A stretch of 64,000 bases of DNA from assembly GCA_046563655.1 (NCBI GenBank), contig CM102283.1, forward strand, positions 7,564,001 through 7,628,000, written 5' to 3'. Position 1 is the first letter of the stretch, and each line of letters opens with the position of its first letter. A model generated the notes under the pieces. The model was given only the letters and a program-made list of their open reading frames with translations. It was not told the origin of the DNA and ran no database searches. Below, in pieces: positions 46,055-57,771 of this stretch. Made by a program: the position numbers and the translations under genes. This stretch comes from Yuukianura sp. NJ FZ-2021 (taxonomy: Eukaryota).

Positions 46055-49000
46055 CTGTGTGAGAAAAAACACGGCACGGTCACGGTTTTTTAGTGTTTAC
46101 GCGCAAACCCAAAAGGCTTTTGCTTATTTGACTTCTCTTGGGAGAAAAACACTGTGAGTTTTTTTTTCTGTCGAAAATTACTTTTTGTGCAGACCGGAGA
46201 AAGTCCTTTTCAAACTCAATTTTTAGTTCAATTTTGTGTATGTTGTTGCTGGAGGGTCAAAAGCAAAAGTGAAAGTGGTATCAGAGACAACACTTTCTCC
46301 GTATCCCTTTTTCAAAAGAAAAACGTGTAAGAGACTCATTCCGAAATGGAATTCCGAAAAAAACAAACAGAAAAGTCGTAACATACACAATTTTTTTTTT
46401 ACAAATAGGCCAAAAGTTAATTTTTTGCAAAGTTGAGCCTGTTTTTTTCTTGCTTTTGGCCTAGTTTACTTTATAACTTTGGATTGCTAAACCTAACATT
46501 AGGTTTAGACACAAAAGGAACTACCAGGAACCTGTTGTACCACGCGGGAATGGCATTGAACGAGTTCTCTAACATTTCAGTTTTGTAACATGAGAAATTG
46601 CATCTGTTTTGAACTTTTCGTTTTCTTTTTTGTTTTTTTCATACTTTTTTTTTAAAAAATGGTTCTGGAACCTGGAATTACAGTTGATCAATTTTTTTGA
46701 AAATGGAAAGAAAAAGCAGGCTTTCTCTGGAATTGGCTTTCAGAAGAACATAAAATGAGTTTCACTGAACACCATACTTTGGCATTTGAAATGACCATTA
46801 CACAAAATCATCAAAATTACTCCAAATATCATCTACAATTTGTTTTTGAAGTTTTAGTTTTTGAAACATTGCACACTTCAGTAAGTATTCAGATGCGCAT
46901 CAAAAATTTAATACATGTGGAAAGAACTTTGAATTTCAGTAGAAAGTCAGTTCAAACTCAAAGGATTTCCCGGAATTATTAACGGAAACAGAATGAATTC
47001 TCTGAAAGGATTCGAATGTAATTAAACCGAATCAGAATTTCACAGAATTTTGAGCCTGAAATGCAAATTTGATTTCGCGGATTTGTCAAAGCTTAAAAGT
47101 GACCGCCTCTGTGACGTCACAGGCCGTTTGAACATGAACCCTCATAGAACATGGTCAACTTTTTTTTTCTAACTTGTTGAGTGGCTATACTGAAATTGAT
47201 TTTTTGATCAAACCCAAAATCCCTTGTGAATATAATCTGAAAAGCTTGGAAAGTCATTTCAGATTGCAACTTTTTACTTTCACCGACTAACAAGAACAAA
47301 CATCTGCGATCCATTTTTATCCAAAAAACAAAGAAAAAAGAAAAAGTTGTTAAAAAGCAAGAAGCTTTTAGGTCGTTAAGCGCCTTCAGTGTTTAGGCTT
47401 TCACAAGCGCTTTCTTCCAAAATTTTTATGTTTTTAAGCTCTTTTTTATGGTTGTTGACCTCTGATGACCATAGCTTAGCCATTTTCCCAAAAAATGTTT
47501 ACTTCGCCAAACACGTTTTCTCTTTTTTACTTTCTTTTCAAACCATTAGCGAAACACCGCCTTTCGTCTAACCTCATTGCTAAGTCTAGCGCACGTAAGC
47601 AGCAAGCCAGGATTACAAACTTTCCTTATGCATTAGATTTCATAACCTTGAGGCTCCAGAGAATTAGCTTCTTAGATCTCATTAACGTAACTTTTGCTAG
47701 GCCGTTTATGCCATTTCCAGGAAGAAAACGAAACTTTTCTAAACATTTACTTTTGTTTAAAAGTAAGCCTTGGATGTTGTGGTACTTTCCAGGAAAATAT
47801 TGCTGGAAAAAGTTTGAATCTTGAGAAAGAGAAAGCTAGGGAAAGTTGTATAACTCCATTAAAAACAGAGGCACGTCCAAGACGCTGTTTTTTAAATTCT
47901 GGGAAAAAAAGTGAAGTGTAAAAGACAAACTTTTTTGAAACGAGCTGCACAGATTTTTAAAACTAGAAGCTGTTGCTTTCTGCTTTCTCTCATTAGTAAC
48001 TTTGCTAATTAAAGAGTTGCTTCATTTTGAACAAATCAGGAGCGGAAAAGTGATGCTTTTCTAGTAAAAAGTTAATAAGCTCCTTTCTTTTGAAAAAAGT
48101 AGGAAATGAGGCAATTAGACAAAAAAGTTATACGAGTTTTCGGAAATTAAAAGTCATAACGTATCCGATTCTACATGTTGCATGGAAGTAACAAGGTTAA
48201 GGTCATTAGGTTTTAGATTAACCTAGCATGATGGATGATCTGAGCCAAGACAAAAAAGTTAGAGCTTAGAAAATTATAAATGGAAATTTAATTAACCTGC
48301 GTCAGCAACATTAGTGGTAGGTGTGTGCGAACTCCAGTTTTTTCCTGCGACAGAGAAAATAGAATTTCCGTGCTTAAAGTCAAGGTTAAAGCTAAAATTG
48401 ACCTCTGTAGGAGTGGCAACCTTGTTAAAGAAGGCGTAATTCGTAGTGCTAATAAGGTTGTTTGCAAAAAATGTTGCTTAGGTTAAGCTATGTCACGAGT
48501 GCGAGTTAACGAGTTAATGAATACGTTTTTTTTTTGTTAATTGGCTTTAGCAAAAACTAATGTCATCTCATGACGCAAAACTACGCTCACTTTTCTCTAA
48601 AGTTTAAAATTCCAAGTTCGAAATTCGACTACAAACACTTTTTTGAACTCAAAGTTTCAAAAAATTTAACGTTTCATGTTTTGCCTTCCGATGGTAATTC
48701 ACAATGGTGTAAAAACAAGAAAACGTCAATTAAAATTTTCTTCAATTTAAAAAAAAGTTCAAAATCAAAATCTCAAAAAAGTGAAGAAATTGAAATGAAA
48801 GCAGACTAAAAAAATTTTCAAAAATAAAAGTTCGAAAAACTTTAAAATGGAGAAAACTTTACAGGAATGCGTGACTAAACATGTTTAAAGGAAAACATGA
48901 ATTTTTGAAATTTCCGCAAATTAAAAACTTTTCAAACAAAACACGAAGTTTTTTGAAATTAAAATTCAGCTTGACATACCAATTTTGTTGTTGTTTCGTC

Positions 49001-50338
49001 CCATTTGTAAATGAAAAATGAGGACGCCTCGTCGGTTCTCTTGTTTTTCAGCCTTCGAAAAAAACAAATTGCCAAAATTTTGGCGTTTCTAAACTGAACA
49101 CAGGAAAGTTCTGGAAGCCAAAACGCGAGAGCACTACTTATAGTCTAGTCTTTTTAAAATTTCATTCTTTAAATTATGCATGGGCAATTTAGTGATTTGG
49201 AGCACCGGAGAGGTAAGCAACTTCACTGCTCATGTGCATAGCCGTCACGCCTATGTCCAATTTCTTTTTTTTATGGAACATTGTGTCTCAAGTGGTCTAG
49301 AGATACAAACTTTAATCTTCTGACTTCACTTTTGTTCTAGAAGAACAAAAAAAGCTTTTAAAAACTGACTATCGCTTTTTTCTTTTAGTCTTTTTAGCAC
49401 TCTCGGAATTTCGCAGTCTAGAATAAATTGGAACTTGCGAAAAAACAAAACAAAAGAGAAACAGAATTCTTCTGGCAGACAACCTTTGACCTTCAACGTT
49501 CCTTCATTTAAACCTTGATTTTGAAACAAGGCGCTAAAATTTGAAACCTCAAGCCAAATTTTATGACGATTTGGTTTGATGAAAGAGTGTTTGTGCTGAG
49601 CTAGAAACAAATTAAGAAAGTTTCTCCTATTTTGTTTAAAAGATGTGCAAAATGATGTATTTATAACTTCGCGACGCCGCGTTTGTCGCACTTGCCAAAA
49701 TTAGTCGTTTGCCAATTCCTTGTAATCAATGAAATGACACACAGGAAGGACGCAACAGGTTTTTTTTGGAAAAATATTTTTTTGAAAGTTGGCTCATTTC
49801 GAAAGGACATGGATTAAATCACGTCAGCAGTTTGTATACACAAGGATCTAAACTTAGGACTCCAATTCATATGATACCATTTTCACTGCTGCTGAACTAA
49901 AACACAAATAAACTCAAGTTGTATCTTGTGACCAAATTTTTTGAAGATTACGCATAATTCTTATTTAGAATGCAAAAGTTCCATATGCACACAGTAAGGT
50001 CAGTGTTTCTTAAGCTCACAATCAAAGTCAAAACTGCAACGTCGCTAGTCGGTCATAAAATTTACAAAGATAGAATGTTTACAAGTTACAAACTTTTTCC
50101 AAGAAAAACCATAATTTTTTTCAAGAAAAACCAAGTTTGCCCCTTTACGCTTCCAAATTGAGCGTACCGCGAAACACAAATTTTTTGGCATAGAGGGTGC
50201 TGCATAATCTCTGCATCATGAAAACTTTTCGTTTTATGAAAAGTTGGGCGACAATTTTTTTGAAAAAATTTCAAAAAATTTTCCCGCATGGTTAACAATG
50301 AAAAAGTTCAATTTCTCGTCACTCGTCCACATTAACAC

Positions 50339-50509
50339 TACAGTAATACTTCTGATTCGAACATTTTGGTACCGTAAAAGTTACTCAATTCGACTCTAGG
50401 CCCTTGGATGGTCCACCATGTTAAGTACATATTAGAACATTTACGGTATTTAGGCGGGAAAACTTTTAAACCAACCAGAGCGAGTTTCCAAATTAGAACT
50501 TTTACTGTA
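50339..50509. mobile_element. Nested pair of small TA-flanked MITE-like elements (outer 50339-50509, inner 50370-50448)
   Basis: Outer ends TACAGTAATACTTCTGATT / AATTAGAACTTTTACTGTA (16/19 inverted match); inner ends TACCGTAAA / TTTACGGTA. Confidence 0.5.
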
Positions 50510-50688
50510 ACTCTATGTAACTTAATCCAACCCGCTTCCGTAGAAATCCCTCAGTTACATTTGATTTGACCACTTTAGTCTGTTCCTGAGGCTGGGTCTG
50601 GGAACACACGCTACAAAGTCCTCCCTAACTTATGTTCTATTGTTTTGAAATGGCTCAATTGAGAGAAAACGAATGAAATGGTGTTGGA

Positions 50689-50751
50689 GACCACCCAAGA
50701 GGGCCCTTGGGATCCACTTCCCAGACCACACACGAAGACTCTTGGGTGGTC
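50689..50751. promoter_or_regulatory. Cluster of Ci/Gli binding sites (candidate Hedgehog-responsive enhancer of patched)
   Basis: GACCACCCA at 50689-50697, GACCACACA at 50724-50732, TGGGTGGTC at 50743-50751. Confidence 0.7.
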
Positions 50752-52860
50752 CCCCTCCTCTCTCTCACAAAAACATACTAATGTTTAGTACTGTTCATAA
50801 GCCCCACTTAAGTCCCACCAACGCCCCACCAATAATCCAACATTCTGGAAAAAATATACAGATTCTATCTCAATTCTGACTCAGAGGATCCACCCAAAGC
50901 TGTTGATTCGGTCACTAGATTTCATTTTTTCCAAAAGCTTTTGCATGAAAGCTCTTTTTAAAAAAGTTTTTTTAGTACAGTTTTTTATGTGGGCGTTTTG
51001 TCCAAGTAATCAAGCGGAGATGTCGACGCAGAAAAACAAGAGAAAAATTACAGTGACATTTTTTAGTGTTTTGGAGATGCTACGTTGGGCGTCATTCATG
51101 TCATGATGACATCTTCATTCTTTCATGTCAATTTAGAATTTGAAAAAAAAATTGAATGAAGATTTTGAAAAAAAAAAACAGAACTGAAATTTAATGAAAT
51201 CCGATTGAAAAACAAATTTCCAGTTGGAAAAGGTGGGGGAAATTAATGCTGGACAAGCATTGTGCGGCTTAGGAACTTGAGACGTTGTAAAAATTTTGTA
51301 ACCTGGTCAGAAAATTTTGAAATTTTTTAAAAATGTTTTTTGTTTAGGTTGAGTTCATTAGTTAACATTTCCCTCCCAAAGCTAATTGCTTGGGCTTGAT
51401 TGAGGCTGCCTAATCGTCGGAACAAAAAACAGGGAAGAAGAACAAGGCGATAGTCAGAGTGATGATGATTGGCGGTTATAGTTTGAGATTGAAATTTTTA
51501 AAAATTCCCACCCACTTGCTCAAGATCATCATCATTTCCTCAGCAGAGAGTGTTACGCACCCACCAGTACTCCATTCCAAGGGTCCCCAGCTCACTTTTC
51601 ACAATTTGAGGTAGAACTTTTGGATTTTCAAAAAAAATTTACTCAAGCAAATGAAGACAACAAAACTGGCAGGACGAAGGAGCTCAATTCACTAGTGCCC
51701 ATTAGACAGCAGCACCGTGCAGTCCGCACTTTTTCAAAAATATTTTCGAAAAACGAAAAAGTTTGTTTCAAATCTCCCGCTTCCGTCCAAGAGTCTGTCC
51801 AAAATCAGTTGACAAGCGGAAGTTGATTTGAAACTGTTCAAGCATGCTACCGGTGTAGCATTGTTAAAAAAAGAACAGTAGTTTATTTGAACAGTATCAG
51901 TTGATTAGTAAGAGCCCTTCAAGTACCCTCTCAACAATTTATTTACACTAGAAGGGCCGCGGCGGCCAGAAATTCAAAGGGTGACTCCAACATAACATTG
52001 GTTTCCGCTAGCTTACAAGTCAAGTGACACTCGAGTGGTGCACCGCGCCGTCACCGCCGCCAAAGTTCTAAAGAATGACAACATTTCCGCTGCCGACAAA
52101 GTCCTTCACTGACCCCACTAAAACAATGAACAACCGAAATTCAAAGGCTTCCGCTACATCCAGATTCCGAGGAATCGTCAAGACCCTGCTGGTAAGAACA
52201 TCAAGGTCAATGACCCCTATTCAAAATTTCATGATTTATTGCTCTTCTTTTCAAAATGGTTTTTGAAAAAGTTTTTTAAAACAAGTTGTTTGAATTTATA
52301 CTCAGCCATGACCTAAATTAAGTGTTACTTTGAACGAAAATTAAGGCATTTCCAAGGTCCTTGACATTTGAATTCTCATTTTTCAGCTAACTTCAATGTA
52401 ACTTTTTTGAAACAAATTTTGAATTTTTGTATTGTTCTTTTTTTGAAAACTGGAAGTTTCGAAGCACATGTTAGGAAGTTTTTGTTGGTCATAATGACAG
52501 GGCAGGGCATACTACTGAAGTGTCGGCTTGTCAAAGTGTTCTGAAAAGGAGGACACGGTTCATTAGGTACAATGAATAGAAAATTGAACAAAGGATTTTT
52601 GAAGTTTTGAGCTTTGGCGCGCTCTTTTCAAGTCGCCAGGAAATGGCAAATGGGAGTACTTATCACAAGAAGCCATTTTGAGTCCAAACCACCTCTCAGT
52701 GAAGAGCTTTTCAGAATTTGAATGAAATTGGATTGGAATGGCTGATTTTATTTAAGTTTTAAATTAGAAACCGAAATTAACCCACGTGACTTTCATTTTA
52801 TGATCTTCCGTTTGATCCATTTTATGATCCGAAAAAGAGGGGGCAGGAACCTCGTGGTTT

Positions 52861-52974
52861 TACCGTAAAAGTGCTAATAAGTCCCGGAGCTTCTGTTTTA
52901 TAAACTGCTAATTCCGGTAACATTGGAGACCAGGCTCCTATCCGAGACCGGCTTTTATTAGAAGTTTTACGGTA
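52861..52974. mobile_element. Small TA-flanked MITE-like element
   Basis: TACCGTAAAA...TTTTACGGTA termini, with further imperfect inverted pairing (CTAATAA/TTATTAG, CCGG). Same terminus as the 50370-50448 element. Confidence 0.6.
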
Positions 52975-54639
52975 CATTGAGAACTATAAATCTGCCTCAA
53001 AGTGTTGGAAGCACGCGCGCCTAACCTAACTCTTGAAAACTCAAATTACAACTTCAAAAAAATAAAAGTTGCACTCACGGAGGTCAACTTTTCAAAAAAG
53101 TCATAAATAGTTACCATCAGTCACAGAAGTCACAGAAGGGGCCCTTGACAGCTTGTTCTAACTTCTAAGGGACCCTTGAGCTCCCAAAATTGACTTTGTA
53201 AGCCTAACTTTTGTAACCTAACTTTTGAAAAGCAGGAATAAGGTTGGCCTAACCGTAGATTAGATTGTTCAGGGTCTCCCTTTGGTCAGAGAGTGCCCTT
53301 AAGTGAACCGGGCGCCTTGTCAACTGACTTTTAAAATCTTTATTCAAAATTCTTTTGGGTGAAAAGTGGACATTTGAACAAAAGATTTGTAACAAGGGAT
53401 CCAAGGGCTCCTTTTCTGGCCAATGTTCAAGGTGACCTTAAAGTGACCCCCGGGGGACTTTGACTTTTCTGTCTGAATTTGACTTTGTCTTATCCCTTCT
53501 CCCCATTTCAAATTTTGGTTTGTTCAGAACACTTAAGAGACGGATCTTGTCGCTTTTGAAACAAATGGAAAATGGAGACATGATTCTGGAATGACAGGTT
53601 TCCACTGCCTCCAATTCCTTGGACAAGATTTGATATGCTCAATTTGAACAATTGAGACGTTTTGAACTTTTTTTTTCAAGATTTTCAAAAAAGCATTGTT
53701 CACTTTTGAGAAAGAGGAAAGAATAGAACAGTTTTGATTTTCCCAGGATTTTGATCTCTGGGAAAAACTGTTGGTTTAAGAAGCTGATTTCTCAGGGCGG
53801 GGGTAAATTTTTCTTCTTTGAAAAAAAAATGTTTGAAAAAGTTTGTAGTAACCCGCTGTTTTTGAATACAAATTGAAGTTCTACGCGGGAGATTTCTGGG
53901 AAAATTCAAAAAATTTCCGCCATTAGTTTCCAAAATTGGAAAAACTGACTTCGCTGATTGCTTTTTCAGTAAAACGTGCTTCTGAATTTATATAAACTAG
54001 AAATGACAATTTTTCTTCTAACTTTTTGATTCCAGCGGCATTTGACCTTTGACCTTTCAGGAAATTCTGGCGTGATTAATATTGATCTCATAATTGATTA
54101 CGTAATGGTGTGACTATTTTTAAATTTTCATAATGGTGTGATTTTTTGAAAATGTTCGGTTGACATTTTGATGCTAGCATTCAAAGTCACTTTTGTTTGA
54201 CCTAGGTTCAAAGAGACCTCACACGCTTTGGCTCTTTGGTTTCTTCCGGAACCCATTTTGAATTCATGTTGTGGACAATGGGATTGATGACATAAATCAA
54301 GCGTCAGCACAAAGAATACTTGTACTGGGAATCCATTTCGCTTGACACTTGACAACTTCGCTTCTTGGATAACAATACTTGACTAATGTCCAATTCTCAG
54401 AGCAACTCTCATCTTGAATAACATTGTATTAGGTCATTCCGGATTCTAAAAATGTCTTCGCCAAACGTCTACTGACCTCTCTAAACATAGCTTTCTAGAG
54501 AAAAATTTCATTTCGAATACAACTCAAACTGTCCAAAATGAAAAGTTGCTCAAAATTGCCAATTCCAGCACCACGCTGCCTTTTTGTGGAACTCCACCAA
54601 AAAGTTTTAATTTCAAAATTTTGAAATCCTTTTACTTCC

Positions 54640-54687
54640 AAGCCGTTGAAAATCAAATGCAATCTTGTATTTGATTTTCAACGGCTT
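54640..54687. repeat. Near-perfect 48-bp palindrome
   Basis: AAGCCGTTGAAAATCAAATGCAA-TC-TTGTATTTGATTTTCAACGGCTT: 23-bp arms with one mismatch. Confidence 0.9.
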
Positions 54688-55350
54688 TTCAAAAAAGTTT
54701 GATTAGATTTTCGAAGTTATTTTTTTGGAAAAGGAGTAACTTAAAACTGAAGCATCGAATCTAAAAAAAAGTTAGGCTTTTGTGGATTGAGATCTTGAAA
54801 AGTTAATCTTTGGAAGGTGAGAAAAGCCGACTGTAAAGTTAAGCCAATTTCCTTAAGCCTCTACTCCGGAGGTGTGAAGAATGTTGAGAGGAGGTCAAAT
54901 GTCATGAAACATTTTTCTTGTAGGTTGAAGGCAGAAGGGGGTCAGTAGTGGTGGTAGACTTTTAAAACCTTTGGACATGGAGGGATTTTCAAATTTCTGT
55001 ACCTTAGACTTGGACAGGTTCGTTTTTTGTGAATAAGGCATGGAGAGCTTAGCTTGACATCTCAATTCCCATTGGAATTGAACAATGGAAATGGAATCAT
55101 CAATGACAATGGATACAAGAAAGTACCATTTTACTTACGAAGTAGTACTTCAGGTGTGAGGGAAATTTAAATTACTTTTTTCCATTTCGAAAAAGCCGGG
55201 GGTCCGAATTTTTCGATTTTTTAAGACAAATTGACCCCTGCGTCAAAACGGCAATCTGAGTACAAACTTAAAGTAAAATTCAAACCAACAAACTTCAAAC
55301 TGAGAAACCAAAACACGTTTTTCTAATTGACTGCTGCGTTCAATTTGTTC

Positions 55351-55565
55351 AAAATTTTCAAATTTCCCGCCTGACATTCACTCCACAATCAAAATTTTCA
55401 AATTTCCCTCCCGCACATTCTGCAACCAAAATTTTTCGAATTTCCCGGCCATAATTTTTTTAACTCAAAATTCTCAGTTTCCCCGCCTTACATTCTTCAT
55501 CAAAATTTTAAATTTCTTTCCCACTCACAAAATATGAAATTTCGTGCATGTATTTGCCCCGCCTT
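55351..55565. repeat. Degenerate ~38-40-bp tandem repeat, 5-6 units
   Basis: Recurring AAAATTTTCAAATTTCCC(G)CC core. Confidence 0.65.
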
Positions 55566-56028
55566 CCAGAAGAATGTTGCAGGTTACAAAGGAATGTTGA
55601 GTTCCAAAACAAGTTGGAGTTGTTATCGTAATTTATTTTCTCCACTTCCATGATAGATGGAGCTCCGAGGACTCCGCTTAGTTACAAAAAAAAAGTACTG
55701 GGAAAGAGCATCGTTGTTTTTTTTTGTGAATGTGTTGCTGATGAAGTTGTTTTGTTTCGAATGTTCAAGTGGAAATGGATTTTTGGCTAATGAAGTTGTT
55801 TGGGCCGGTCCAGTGCACTTACAATTTGTCTCCATGGATTCGCTGTGTGTGGTCGTGTATGGTGACGTGAATTGCCTAATGTTTGGGCCGTTGATGACTA
55901 GATTGTTGTTGAAGCGTTGCGAATAAGTGAATAAATCCCAGCAGTATTTCCCCAGTACTTTGAGTATACTGGGCTGTACATGATCTTCTTCACTTTTGTT
56001 ATTGTTATTAAGCGGAAGAGGATCTTCT

Positions 56029-56037
56029 TGGGTGGTC
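56029..56037 (-). promoter_or_regulatory. Consensus Ci/Gli site ~1.7 kb upstream of the patched ATG
   Basis: TGGGTGGTC, which reads GACCACCCA on the minus strand. Confidence 0.6.
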
Positions 56038-57771
56038 TTCTGCCAGAGACCTCCTGCCAAGACACAGTCCTTCACCTCGTAGGCCCAAAACCCATAGCAT
56101 AACATACAGATCTTACCCAGCATCCCAAGATCTGTAATGAGGATGTCCTAAACCTGTGCTGTTCAAGTGCATTTTTACTTTGAAATTCTGAAAAAAAAAA
56201 GTTTGAGGATATCCTCAACCTTCAGAATTCTCAGTAACCAGCATCTTCGAGAACGTACCAAAAGCATCTTAAGCAGAATCTTGGGAATGAGTCAAAAATC
56301 CTTAGAATATTGTGAGCCCTTATAAGGGCCATGTCCCGCCGTTTCCCCTTACCCATGGACGACGACCTGTTGTGTATAACCTTCCTCCAAGGCAAAATGC
56401 TCCCTTTACGACTAAATTTTTATGGTATCCGATTGATTTTTGTCGGAGACTGGAGCATTAAGTGGTCTCCAGATTTTGGAAAAAAGCTTTTAGCAATAAT
56501 TATTGCTACATAGTTGATTGCAGATTGAGAAGCTTGATGATTTTTTAGTAAAAGTTGTGCTGCGTGACTCAGGCTGAAGACGTTTAAGGGAATAATGACT
56601 TTCTCCATTGCTTATGACTCAATTTGGCTCGTTGTTTCTCGGCTGGGTGTCAGTTCTCTGGAATATCTTCATTAGGATCATCAACAAACAAGTTCCCTTC
56701 ACTTGAAACAGACTTGGAGCCCTTAAGGGTACCTTTAATGTCTCTTTTCCAAAAGGTTCCTCCTCTGAAGCAGGGCGATTCAAGGGAAGATTTCATTTTC
56801 AACTTATTCCGACGCCAGGGTTAGTCACTACCAACATCAGTCTCTACACGGGTACTGTTTCACTACCTAACTTAAACAAGAAAGCTTGAAGAAAAATACG
56901 CTAATATTTGTATTAATATTTATATTTTGGTAAACATAATAAGTTTTAATATCGGTCAGGAAATCAGGCAGCGAAAATGTGAAAGAATATTTTCTTCTAA
57001 TTACTTTAGACTGTTGAAAGCACCGGTTAGACAGCTGAATTAAGAGAAAAAGTTGTTCATTACTACATATTACCTGCTACTGCTACATTAATGTACCCTT
57101 AAGATATGGTAGGTACTTTCAAGTACCCTAATGCTGATGTTGTACATGGAACAAAATTTACCCCCGTAGTGTCGAACCCTGGTAGAGTGAAAATGTTTTT
57201 TGCCCCTTTTTGGTGGGATGGAGATGCGAGATCCCTCAGAAATTGTCAGGACAACCCAACTTTCTTCATTCCATTCAAACATTCTTAGCACTCACTACAA
57301 ATTGACATCTCAATCTCAGCACAACCAATACCCCCACGTTGTTCATCTACAGTACTCACTCACAGGTCAAATAGCATATCACTTCACAGTGACCACATTT
57401 CAGTCATACGCTGGGAATGTACCCGGTTTAGTAGCTAAACTTACTTTGCTTCGCTTGAGTTCTTGCCCTCAGAAACAGTCTAGTGCGTTGTAAATTCCGT
57501 CAGGTTGTTTTTGTTTTCGATTCGGATTCTGATAACGTTAGGCCTTGTTTTGTGTACTAAAGTTGGTTGGTGGCATAAATTTTCAGTGAATTCTGACTAC
57601 TTGCCAGCGAAGGGACGGCGGAGACATGAAAAATTTTGACCGGAGGAGAAGATGATCAGTGTACCATTAAAAATTTACAGTATTTTCGAGTCATCATGAC
57701 TTGACCCCTTGAATCCAGTGGCAGCAGTATTTTGTAATTAGTGGATTAGGTACATTAGTAGTCGGTGAATA

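Noticed and set aside
46236-55300. Numerous 60-120-aa ORFs
   Set aside because: They are Phe/Lys-rich translations of AT-rich non-coding DNA with no motifs or coherent exon chains.
55623-56123. 166-aa minus-strand ORF as a gene or as the 5' exon of the ankyrin gene
   Set aside because: No recognisable domain and no convincing splice link to the 46054 acceptor. It cannot be excluded without RNA data.
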